Positions 1 to 10,667 of a stretch of 64,000 nt of DNA are shown here, in pieces. The notes beneath the pieces are model-generated. The model was not told the origin of the DNA. It saw only the letters and a program-made list of their open reading frames with translations, and searched no databases. The position numbers and the translations under genes were made by a program. Source of the DNA: Octopus sinensis (Eukaryota); NCBI RefSeq assembly GCF_006345805.1, contig NW_021834954.1, positions 1 to 64,000 of the forward strand, read 5' to 3'. Each line of letters starts with the position of its first letter. Position 1 is the first letter of the stretch.

Positions 1-108
1 ATATAAATATGTATGTATGTGTATAATATATAAATATGTATGTATGTGTATAATATATAAATATGTATGTATGTGTATAATATATAAAGATGTATGTATG
101 TGTATATA
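1..108. repeat. 27-bp AT-rich minisatellite, ~4 copies
   Basis: Unit ATATAAATATGTATGTATGTGTATAAT starts at 1, 28, 55 and 82 (last copy diverged). Confidence 0.9.
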
Positions 109-315
109 TGTCTGGATGAATGTATATATGTGCATGTACGTCTATATATATATTATGTAAACAGATATATTTGTATATATGTATTTTCCAGTATGAGTAT
201 CTATCTGTTTGTATACGTACACACATTTATATTTGTGTGCGACTCACACAAGTACGTGTATTTGTATACACATATACATACATATAACTACACTCAACAA
301 ACATATATATACATG

Positions 316-859
316 TGTTCGCAGATTTAATGTCTGGTCCCCCCCCTCCTTTAGTATAGGTTAGACAAAGGCTTTTTATTGAAGCGTTCCACTCTGCTGC
401 TCTTCCTCTTGCTGGCTCTTTTTGGCTTTTTCAAAAAGATGAATTCCAAAAATTTAGATTTCTAAAATCTGGACTTCCATTTTTAGTACAAATTCAATTT
501 TTGAACCTTAGACATATATATATAAATTTTTTTAAATCTGACAGCAGTTCTGGCGAATTCCTGGAGCATAAAATAAATCCCTAAATACCTAACACAAAGC
601 ACAAAGCGCATAAACTAAACAGACAATCATAGCTTCCAAAATCCAATTGAACAACTTTGTCTCACAGAAAAAACTGTCAGAAAAACTGCGGGGTATAATT
701 ATCTTTGCTTATAAAGGTTTGCCAAGGTCTAGCCAATATGTTATAGTTTCACAGTTTTGGCTAATACTACCTAGCTTCCCCCATTTTGACAATGGACAGT
801 GCAGCATGAAGAACTGTTTACCTGTTTAACTTAACATTAGGATTTAATATTTCCTAACA
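316..859 (-). repeat. Putative 3' LTR of the Gypsy remnant
   Basis: Begins TG immediately after the PPT. AATAAA at ~380-375 on the minus strand. Candidate CA end at 316; the left boundary is uncertain because there is no second LTR to compare. Confidence 0.55.
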
Positions 860-1377
860 TTCCTTTCCCCTTAAAAGGGAAAATTTTTATGCGCAATAAA
901 CAATTTTCAAAAAGATACAAATATCATCCAGAAAATGTAGAAGTCAAATATGTACATAAAATATATACATGGTAAGTGCTAACACCTGGATAGTGCAAGT
1001 AAATTAGCATTTCCTGCAATATGACAAATATTCAAACTAAATTGTGTTGCAGGTACAAGCTCCACCTCAGAATCGTCTGATTAGTGCCCTTCACTTTATT
1101 AATGAAAAGTAAGGGATTGAGATCTGCTTCACCAAAGCATCAGCTACGGTAGTTGCAGAAACTTCTTTCAACGGAATTGTCTCTGGTGATCCAATACAGT
1201 TAATAAGTAGTGATATCCTGCCTTTGTTCTGGGCAATGGACCAACCACATCAATAATAATCTTGGAAAAGGATTCTTTTACAGCCAGAATGGGCTTTAAG
1301 GGTGCCTTGTCCATGGTTGCATTGGGTTTTCCCACTAACTGACATGTTTTACAAGTTCTACAGTCACAGACAACATT
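316..1377 (-). mobile_element. Gypsy LTR retrotransposon 3' remnant with Gmr1-like domain order (integrase upstream of RNase H), internally deleted
   Basis: Minus strand: integrase CRTCKTCQLVGKPN...IIIDVVGPLPRTKAGYHYLLTV...PETIPLKEVSATTVADALVK (1377-1127) joins directly to RNase H C-terminus DLNPLLFINKVKGTNQTILRWSLYLQ..FSLNICHIAGNAN..LSRC* (1126-979). A polypurine tract AAGGGGAAAGGAA (872-860) and an LTR starting TGTTAGG at 859 follow. Confidence 0.8.
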
Positions 1378-3540
1378 GAATGTACCCCACAACATAGACT
1401 AATAGTTAGTGACTTCAGGATCAGGTCTAAGAGGACGACCAGAAGACGACCAGCATGGAGAAGAAGGATCTGGAAGCTTAAAGATCCTGCGAATGGACAG
1501 AGACTTAGGGACATATTACTTGAAGCCGTTGACGAAGTAGTAGGGGATATAGCTTCACATGGGGTAGAAGACAACTGGAGGTCTCTAAGGGACAACCTGC
1601 TGAGAGCCACGGACCAGATCTGTGGATGGTGCAAAGTACCCTCTCGACCCAAAATAACGTGGTGGTGGAACAATGTTGTAGACCGGGCTATTAGAGAAAA
1701 GAGACAGGCTTGGAAGGACTGGAAAAATGGTGGTAGCAGAGAATTGTATCAGACTGCCAGAAGAGAAGCTAAGAGACAGGTTTATTTAGCCAGAAGGGAA
1801 GCAGATAAGAAAAAATTTGTCAATGTTCTGCGCCGTGAGGACCAAAGACTGGAGGTATTCTGTGTTGCAAGACAGTGTGTGAGAGAGAATCGTGATGTTG
1901 TAGGAGAGAAATGTGTCTGCATGGATGATGGTTCACTTGCACTAAACGAGGATGCAAAGAGAGAGGTTTGGAGACACCATTATGAAAGGTTGCTGAATAA
2001 AGAAAATGAATGGGATAAAGAGAGTCTGCTGAATGTCGACCCAACAGAGGGACCAGCTATCCAAGTTGACAGTTCCTTAGTAGTTACGGCAATTAGAAGC
2101 ATGAAGATGGAAAGTCCCAGGCCCATCAGGAATTACTGCAGAGATGCTCAAAATATTTGGCAGTGTCAGCCATAGCCTAGTCACCTGTATAGTTAACCAG
2201 GTGATACACGAAGGAGTCATACCCAATGACTGGTGTAGCAGCATACAAGTCAACTGCTACAAAGGTAAAGGTGACGCCTTAGATACAAATAATTACAGAG
2301 GTATCAAGCTGTTGGATCAGGTAATGAAGGTTACGGAGAGGGTCATAGCCCAACTAATTAGGGAGATAGTCAGTTTAGATGAGATGCAGTTTGGGTTCGT
2401 GCCAGGGAAAAGTACTACTGATGCTATATTCCTGGTAAGAAAGCTGCAGGAGAAATACCTAGCCAAAGATAAGCCCCTGTACCTGGCTTTCGTCGACATG
2501 GAGAAAGCCTTTGACAGGGTCCCCCGATCCCTTATCTGGTGGTCAATGAGGAAATTAGGGATAGATGAATGGTTAGTGAGAGCTGTGCAAGCCATGTACA
2601 GGGACGCTGAAAGTAATGTGAGGGTTGGCAACGAGTATACTAAAGAATTCAGGTTAGAGGTAGGGGTCCACCAAGGTTCTGTCCTCAGCCCCCTCCTATT
2701 TATCATAGTCCTCCAGGCAATAACGGAGGAATTCAAGACAGGATGCCCCTGGGAGCTCCTCTACGCTGATGACCTTGCTCTAATTGCTGAGTCACTATCA
2801 GAACTAGAGGAGAAGTTTCAAGTGTGGAAGCAAGGATTAGAATCGAAGGGCCTTAGAGTCAACCTAGCTAAAACCAAAGTCCTAATATGTAGGAAGGCAG
2901 GCAAATCACAAACGCCTTCAGGTAGATGGCCCTGCTCGATCTGTAGAAAAGGCGTTGGTAGAAACTCTATAAGATGTACCCAGTGTAAGTTATGGACACA
3001 TAAGAGGTGCAGCAATGTCAAAAGAAGGCTAACTGGGAAGATAGTTTTTGTATTTGGCAGATGCTCAGAAGCAATAAACACTGAAAATGCGCAGAGACCA
3101 ACTTCCGTCACATTCCAGAGAGAAAAACTATAAATTGTTGATAGCTTCCGTTACCTAGGTGACCAAGTCAGTAGCGGAGGCGGGTGTGTTGAAAGTGTAA
3201 CTGTTAGAGTAAGAATAGCCTGGGCAAAATTCAGAGAGCTCTTACCCTGCTGGTGACAAAAGGCCTCTTGCTCATAATAAAAGGCAGACTGTATGATGCA
3301 TGTGTACGAACAGCCATGCTACATGGCAGTGAAACTTGGGTCGTGACTGCTGAGGACATGCGTAAGCTCGCAAGAAATGAAGCCAGTATGCTCCGATGGA
3401 TGTGTAATGTCAGTGGAAGAGGTAGACCCAGGAAAACCTGGGACGAGGTGGTGAAGCACGACCTTCGAACCGAGGAAATGACCAGAGACCAAGACCCTTG
3501 GAAGTATGCTGTGTATTGGAAGACCCGGCTGGACAAGTGA
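1378..3540 (+). pseudogene. RTE ORF2 (endonuclease C-terminus + reverse transcriptase + PHD-like finger), disrupted
   Basis: ORFs 1744-2175, 2144-3133 and 3253-3540 are consecutive pieces separated by a frameshift near 2110, a stop at 3131-3133, a frameshift near 3248 and a deletion near 3412. Confidence 0.9.
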
Positions 3541-4055
3541 GACTATAACCCGTGGCCTCTACCTGAGACGTAGCCAGCCCACTTATGCTTGTGACACAAA
3601 CCCTACTTGTGAAGACCTATTGAGGCAAGCGAAAATGAAAATGAAAATCAAAAATCGAAATCGATCAACATCAATGGAAATTGTAGCTGTGATACCAGTG
3701 CCGTCGGCACATAAGAGGACGTTGCCCCGACTGTCCCCCGTACCGGTGGCATGTAAAATACACCATCCGATTGTGGCCGTTGCCAGCCACGTCTTTTCCC
3801 CATGCTGGTGGCACATAAAAAGCACCATCCGATCGTGGCCCTTTGCCAGCCTCATCTGGCACCTGTGCAGGTGGCACACAAAAAGCACCCACCACATTCA
3901 CGGAGTGGTTGGAGTTAGGAAGGACATCCAGCCGTAGAAACACTGCCAGATCAGACAGGGCCTGGTGCAGCCTTCAGGCTTCCCAGACCCCAGTTGAACC
4001 GTCCAACCCATACTAGCATGGAAAACGGACGTTAAACGATGATGATGATGATGAT
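1378..4055 (+). mobile_element. RTE-clade LINE, 5'-truncated, with 3' UTR and (GAT)n tail
   Basis: APE end ECTPQHRLIVSDFRIR at 1378; RT motifs QFGFVPGKSTTDAIF, AFVDMEKAFDRVP, GVHQGSVLSPLLF, YADD; C-terminal YGSETW-like LHGSETW and GRGRPRKTW; 3' end ...GGACGTTAAAC(GAT)n at 4027-4055. Confidence 0.93.
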
Positions 4056-4160
4056 ATTCATACATATATATGTATATATATACATGCACATATATACATA
4101 CATACATATATATATATATATATGGACATATATATACATACATATATACATTTACACATC

Positions 4161-4200
<40 letters not shown>

Positions 4201-4223
4201 CATATATACATATATATATATGT

Positions 4224-4511
4224 GAATGAAAGAATGGAGTCGAACGAAGATGTTAACAAAATTCTTTTACTCTCGACATATGTTTCGAAGACAGCATATT
4301 TTTATTCCGAAGGAACACACTTTCCACTCATATAAATGATAAAGATAGCCACTGTAGTTTTAACAATTAGCTTCACGTTCACACCACTGCCATAGACAAA
4401 TTCTTTCCTACGCCGCCGAACATTCTTTCAATCAACGTTCACTTCCTCTTCCCTAACTATTACTCCTTTATATATTCCATTGCTGCTACATATCTTTGAC
4501 GTATGCTTCTC

Positions 4512-4553
<42 letters not shown>

Positions 4554-5065
4554 TCTCTCTCTCTCTCTCCCACACACAAAATCAAACACACAGACACATT
4601 TTCCCCTTACTACAACGTATATTTGACGTATGTCTCTCTCTCTCACACACACAGACACAAATGCAGTTATATACACACACACACACGTACACACACACAA
4701 ACACACACGTACACACACACAAACGCTCGCACTCATTAACACAAGCACACACCTGCACATCTCCATACATACAGCAAACATACTGTCCCCTACCTATTTT
4801 TACTTCCTCCTTCTACCCATTTTTGACGTCAATGATTATAACGGATTTTCTTAAAAAAACACTCATTATCGCTGTGATCACCATGTAGGCAATCATCGAA
4901 ATTCTTGTTCGTCTTGTGGTTGAGAGAGGCTCCTTATCTTTCCTGATGAGAAGATTGCATAATGCACCCTTTATTCCTTCGGAATAAAAATATGCTGTCT
5001 TCGAAACATATGTCGAGAGTAAAGGAATTTCGTTAACATCTTCGTTCGACTCCATTCTTTCATTC
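4224..5065 (+). mobile_element. Penelope-type terminal-repeat remnant with inverted 5' duplication
   Basis: 4224-4315 is the reverse complement of 4974-5065 (~92 bp, few mismatches). The right copy lies within a hammerhead motif. TA microsatellite on the left flank. Confidence 0.65.
4938..5019 (+). ncRNA. Type I hammerhead ribozyme motif
   Basis: Stem I CTTTC/GAGAG; core CTGATGA 4943-4949; stem II GAAGA/TCTTC extended by GCATA/TATGC and a TTTATTCC/GGAATAAA hairpin; GAAA 5003-5006; palindromic stem III ACATATGT; GUC cleavage after 5014. Confidence 0.8.
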
Positions 5066-5221
5066 ATTCGTATACAACACACAGATTTCTACACAAGAAC
5101 CCGGAGTTTCTACCCTTGGACAGGTCGCTTCAACCGTGTTTCTGACGTGAATTTGCTACCCAGGTTTCGGTTAAACGAATTTTCCATGCTGACGATAAAC
5201 ATAGGATAATTCATTCACCTA

Positions 5222-5272
<51 letters not shown>

Positions 5273-5319
5273 ATTATATATATAATATATATATATATAC
5301 ATACAAATATATCTATATA

Positions 5320-5365
<46 letters not shown>

Positions 5366-5534
5366 ATGAGATAGGGGTTGTAAATTCAACCCTCCATGGG
5401 ATAACATATATCCAATATACTGCTAGAGAAGTACCCAACAAAGCTAATACATAAATGTTAAAAATTGCGATGCAATTAATTCATTTACTGTATTAGGTGG
5501 GCAAAGGTAAAATTATTTTTACCGTAAATTAATA

Positions 5535-5852
5535 ATACAAAATGAGAAAATGGAGAAATATATCTAAATCAATGATCAACTATCAGATAATACCGAATCA
5601 TATACTTTATTAAAACACTACACAATCGCAATAAATATAACAAGATATAAAAATACATATACATTATATATGTATTTTTATATCTTGTTATATTTATTTA
5701 GTTACATCTCACCATATTGATTGTAATTATTGTACTGTATTAATGTCTAATCTCATTGCGATTGTGTAGTGTTTTAATAAAGTATATGATTCGGTATTAT
5801 CTGATAGTTGATCATTGATTTAGATATATTTCTCCATTTTCTCATTTTGTAT
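5535..5852. repeat. Compound fold-back: 98-bp perfect inverted repeat enclosing a 32-bp-arm hairpin
   Basis: 5535-5632 equals the reverse complement of 5755-5852; 5630-5661 pairs with 5667-5698 around a CATTA loop. Confidence 0.9.
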
Positions 5853-5865
5853 ATATATATATTAC

Positions 5866-6330
5866 ATATGGGAGACTTCAATCTACCCAACTATGCGAAC
5901 GAGGACAGGCGAGGTCTCCCCTGAACCTCATGAACACTCCGTACATGGAGCAAGTAATACTCCAACCAACCAGGGCAGGTAACACACTGGATCCCCGCCT
6001 CACAAACAATACGGACCCCATCCATAATGTGAAAGCGACACCGACGCCACTCTCGGATCACAACATGGTAAGCTGACTATGTACGGGCCAAAGGAAAGCA
6101 TGGACATGCAGCCTACAAGAAACTTTCAGAATCCTTCCAGCTTGAACCTCCACAAGGCAAACTAGAAACAAATTGAGAAAGAGATCCTCAAACAAAACTG
6201 GCCTGAATGTCTATCCTCACCAGACATCGACATTAAACGCCAACAATTCATGTCCGTAATGCAAGCCATATGCCACAAATATGTACACAAGAACAAAATC
6301 CCTAGAGAGAGGAAAATTCCCATGAGACGG
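5866..6330 (+). mobile_element. CR1-type LINE endonuclease/linker fragment, degraded
   Basis: GDFNLPN...MEQVILQPTRAGNTLD and LNLHKAN*KQIEKEILKQNW...AICHKY...KIPRERK resemble the ORF2 at 40929-43190 (GDFNLP, PTRHQNILD, DLHNANW, RIPQNRK). Confidence 0.75.
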
Positions 6331-6334
6331 CGTA

Positions 6335-6545
6335 AAAAATTTTCAAATTGCCTAAACACACTGCGTGGCACCTTCTACTATAGCCTTGGGCCGACCAAAG
6401 TGTTGGATTTGGGAGTCGGAAACTGAAAGAAACCCGTCGTATATATGTGTATAAGTGCAGGAGTGGCTGTGTGGTAAGTAGCTTGCTTACCAACCACATG
6501 GTTCCGGGTTCAGTCCCACTGCATGACGTGTTGGACAGATGTCTT
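6335..6545 (+). mobile_element. Two partial copies of the abundant tRNA-derived SINE
   Basis: GGAGTGGCTGTGTGGTAAG...GGTTCCGGGTTCAGTCCCACTGC head and CTACTATAGCC...GGAAACTGAAAGAA body, as seen many times in the window. Confidence 0.75.
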
Positions 6546-6551
6546 CTTCGA

Positions 6552-7110
6552 GGGTCGTGTATTACTTGGAGTCACCCATTGTGTCAAGGCGTATCTCCCA
6601 GTCCTCCAACCCACCTACAAGAGCATCGCGAAATATGACGTCCCAAAGGCATTCCAATTTGAATTTGCAGACACCTCACTGTCATCTACGACACGCTGCT
6701 AATATCCAAACGAGTTCGTCCCCATCCAGGCACATTTGCTGTATCTGCTCATCGCTGGAGCCCAACTCATCGAACGTCTATGTAAAATCTTTTCTGAGGG
6801 TCTCGTTGCAGTATTCGTTAAGCTGAAAGACTACTTCGTTACACCCAAGTTCACTAGCTTGTGTGTAGTCTGAACATCTCAGCTCAAACAAAGCCCACTC
6901 CTCGCCTGTTCCAGCTGCGGAGATGACGGGGCGGCGAACCTTCACGGATTAGACTTTCATTGGAACGGCCTTTTGCCAGGCATTCCGATGGGCGACTATA
7001 AAATAAAGCAGGGGCTAGAGACAAAAAAAGGATCAACGAATTAAATTGTAACTGTTAGTGGAAGGAGGATTCTCGAATTGGCGAACATTACAGTAGACAC
7101 TGACATACAG
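6552..7110 (-). mobile_element. Gypsy (Mag-like) gag remnant
   Basis: Minus strand: KVRRPVISAAGTGEEWALFELRCSDYTQASELG..VVFQLNEYCNETLRKDFT...GVCKFKLEC..IFRDALVGGLEDWEIRLD with several stops. This matches my recollection of Mag-clade gag N-terminal motifs. Confidence 0.7.
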
Positions 7111-8026
7111 CAGACACAGTTCTGTTACTTTAATCACCATTTCTTTACTTCAGAATCTCAAAAACGAAGTCGAAAACAACATTTGAACCATTCATAAATA
7201 AAAGGAGATATCAGCAATATCTTCTCCTGATGCGACATTGGATATTATTATGTAACCACTAGTCATATTCATGATGTAAACATATCTTCAGTAATATGTG
7301 TAACAGGAAATCACTATATCCTGTGGTTCACAGTAGAATAACTACATGTTGCCTTCCTTGCTTAGATTTCTCCTATTGTAGTAGGGAATGGAGCATGATT
7401 GAATATCTGTTACCAATATAATAAGATGTCTTCTACTTCACGAAACGAAAAAGACTTATTAGGAAAGATAAGACTAAAGTACAGAGATGGAGGCGACAAG
7501 GTGAATAACGAGTAGCAGATGTAAAACAAACAAGATGGACCTATGTCGAAGTAAACGTGTACGAAACAGAAAGAAGACAAAGAGAGAACTAAGTCTATAG
7601 CCCTAACCCTAAACCAAGCTGCGGAGATGTCGGGGCGGCGAACCTTCACGGATTAGACTTTCATTGGAACGGCCTTTTGCCAGGCATTCCGATGGGCGTC
7701 TATAAAGCAAATTCGCGAACATTACAGCATACACTGACATATAGATATACACGCACTACACACGAGCGCACATATGCAGCGCCCAACAGAATCTCCACAA
7801 GGCAAACTAGAAACGCATACACACACCTTCATGCAAACACTACACACACATGCAGATAAATACATACACACACACATATATGGAGAGAGATAAATACATA
7901 CACACACACATATATGGAGAGAGATAGAGAGATTCACACACATAAGTGTTTGTGTGTTTAAAGAAGGATATATGAGTTAGTTGTATTTGGTCCAAGTTCA
8001 GTTTCCTTCTGAGTCGACTTCACTGT

Positions 8027-8460
8027 CCAGACCCTTCGGTCCAGACCCTTCGGTCCATACCCTTCGGTCCATACCCTTCGGTCCATACCCTTCGGTCCAT
8101 ACCCTTCGGTCCAGACCCTTCCGTCCATACCCTTCGGTCCATACCCTTCGGTCCATACCCTTCGGTCCAGACCCTTCCGTCCATACCCTTCGGTCCAGAC
8201 CCTTCCGTCCATACCCTTCGGTCCATACCCTTCGGTCCAGACCCTTCGGTCCAGACCCTTCGGTCCATACCCTTCGGTCCAGACACTTCGGTCCATACCC
8301 TTCGGTCCAGACCCTTCCGTCCATACCCTTCGGTCCATACCCTTCGGTCCATACCCTTCGGTCCAGACCCTTCGGTCCATACCCTTCGGTCCAGACCCTT
8401 CGGTCCAGACCCTTCGGTCCATACCCTTCGGTCCAGACCCTTCCGTCCAGACCCTTCGGT
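8027..8460. repeat. 14-bp minisatellite CCA(G/T)ACCCTTC(G/C)GT, 31 copies
   Basis: 434 bp / 14 = 31 units; this explains the 14-aa periodic ORFs at 7958-8526. Confidence 0.95.
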
Positions 8461-8546
8461 CCATACATTATACCTGCCAAATTTAAGACACATTTACAAT
8501 ATTTCAAATCTCACTTAAAAATTTAAAAATATAAATCCTATTGTAA

Positions 8547-9773
8547 GGGTTAGGGTTAGGTTTAGGGTTAGGGATAGGGGTAGGGTTAGGTTTAGGGTTA
8601 GGGATAGGGGTAGGGTTAGTGTTAGGTTTAGGGTTAGGGATAGGGGTAGGGTTAGTGTTAGGTTTAGGGTTAGGGATAGGGGTAGGGTTAGTGTTAGGTT
8701 TAGGGTTAGGGATAGGGGTAGGGTTAGTGTTAGGTTTAGGGTTAGGGATAGGGGTAGGGTTAGTGTTAGGTTTAGGGTTAGGGATAGGGGTAGGGTTAGT
8801 GTTAGGGTTAGTGTTAGGTTTAGGGTTAGAGATAGGGGTAGGGTTAGTGTTAGGGTTAGGGTTAGTGTTAGGTTTAGGGTTAGGGTTAGAGTTAGGGGTT
8901 AGGGTTAGGGTAAGGGGTAGAGTTAGGGTTAAGGTTAGGGGTTAGAGTTGGGGTTAGGGTTAGGGGTTAGAGTTAGTGTTATGGTTAGGGTTAGGGTCAG
9001 GGATAGTGTTAGGGTTGGGTTTTGGGTTAAGTGTAGGGATAGGGTTAGGGTGAGTGATAGGGTTAGGTGTAGAGTTAGGGTTATGGTTTGGATGAGGGTT
9101 ACGGTTAGGGCTAGGGTCAGGGATTAGAGTCAGGGTTAAGGTTAGGTGTAGTTATAGGGTAGAGTTAGTGTGAGGGTGAGGGTTAGGGGTTAGAGTCAGG
9201 GTTAGGGTAAGGGTTAGGGGTTAGGGTTAAGGTTAGGGCGAGGGTTAGGGTTAAGGTTAGGGCGAGGGTTAGGGGTTACGGTTAGGCATTAGGGTTAGGG
9301 TTAGAGTTAGGGGTTAGGGTTAGAATTAGGGTGAGGGTGAGTGGTTAGGGTTAGGGTCAGGGATAGTGTTAGGGTTAGTGTTACGGTTAGGTATAGAGTT
9401 AGTGTTAGGTCTAGGGTTTGGATTAGGGTTACGGTTAGGGTAAGGGTCAGGGGTTAGAGTCAGGGTTAGGAGTTAGGGTTAGGGGTTAGTGTTAGGGTTA
9501 GGGTTTGCTTTAGAGTTAGGGTTAGGGTTAAGGGTTGAGTTAGGGTTAAGGGTTGAGTTAGGGTTAGGGGCGAGAGTCAGGTTTAGGGTTAGGGTTAGTT
9601 TAGGGCGAGGGTTATGGGTTAGGGCGAGGGTTAGGGTTAGGCGTTATGGTTAGGGTTGGGGTTAGTTTTAGGGTCAGGTTTAGGTTTAGTGTTAGGGTTA
9701 GGGTAAGGGTTTTGGTTAGGGTAATGGGTAGAGTTAGGGTTAGGTTTATGGTTCGGATTAGGGTTAGAGTTAG
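8547..9773 (+). repeat. Degenerate interstitial telomere-like (TTAGGG)n array
   Basis: GGGTTA units with variants GGGATA, GGGGTA, GTGTTA, GGTTTA, GAGTTA and GGGTCA; a 36-bp higher-order repeat in the first ~300 bp. Confidence 0.92.
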
Positions 9774-10667
9774 TATCAAATATAAGTTAATTGATAGAAA
9801 AACACACACAAAAGACACACAAAACACGCAAAACACACACAAAACAAACACAGAACATAACCAAAACACACACAAATCACACAAAACACTCACAGAACAC
9901 ATAAAAACACAAAAACACACATAACACACACCAAACATACAAAAAAACACACAAAAAACAAACAAAATTCACACAGAACAAACACAAATGACTCTCAAAA
10001 GACACAAAAATACACTCAAAACACACACACCATATAAATATAAAACCAAAGGATCCAGGTACAGGAAGTTAGTGAGCTTCAAGCAATCTGTATAAAAATC
10101 AACTTTCAGGAACAATAGGGGTTCATCGGTGCAGAAGTTTGTGAATGAATTTTTCCCATGTTGAAGAACAAGAAACTGGAAAAGGTTTGAGCAGAATTGA
10201 GGCCAGTTTGAAATGTTTGCGACATATTTCAACTGCTAAAAGGTAAATACATTGCAGTTACTATGGAGAATAAATCTCTCTTGTGGTAAAAAGGTGTGAA
10301 AACACTGGTTCATTCAGTGATGCCTTCTATTAGGAATCTCAGACATCAATGTTTTGAGCCATTTTGGTTCTTGTCAATGAAATGTACCTAAGAGAGATAA
10401 CTCTGAAAGAACTTAGCTATAGCTTTATGTATAATCTTAGGTGCAGTGACGAGAGCAAATATGTCTGAGATTTCTGAAAGAGGGCGACACTGAACAAACC
10501 AGTGTTTTCTCACCTTTCTACCATAAGAGAAATTTATTCTCCATGGTAACTGCATGTCGCAAACATATTTCGAATTGGCCTAAATTCTGCTCATACCTAA
10601 ACACCACTTCATGCTAAGGTTATTTTATAATATACGATTAGAAGTTGGGGTTGCTTAAAATGCTAAT

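Noticed and set aside
7958-8945. Long periodic ORFs (DRRVWTEG..., LGLGLGIGVGLV...)
   Set aside because: Translations of the 14-bp minisatellite and the telomere-like array; open in several frames, with no coding signal.
8547-9773. True chromosome end
   Set aside because: The array is internal, highly degenerate and flanked by ordinary sequence on both sides.
10088-10222. Possible exon between TTTCAG and AAG|GTAAAT
   Set aside because: All three frames contain stops or give no recognisable protein.
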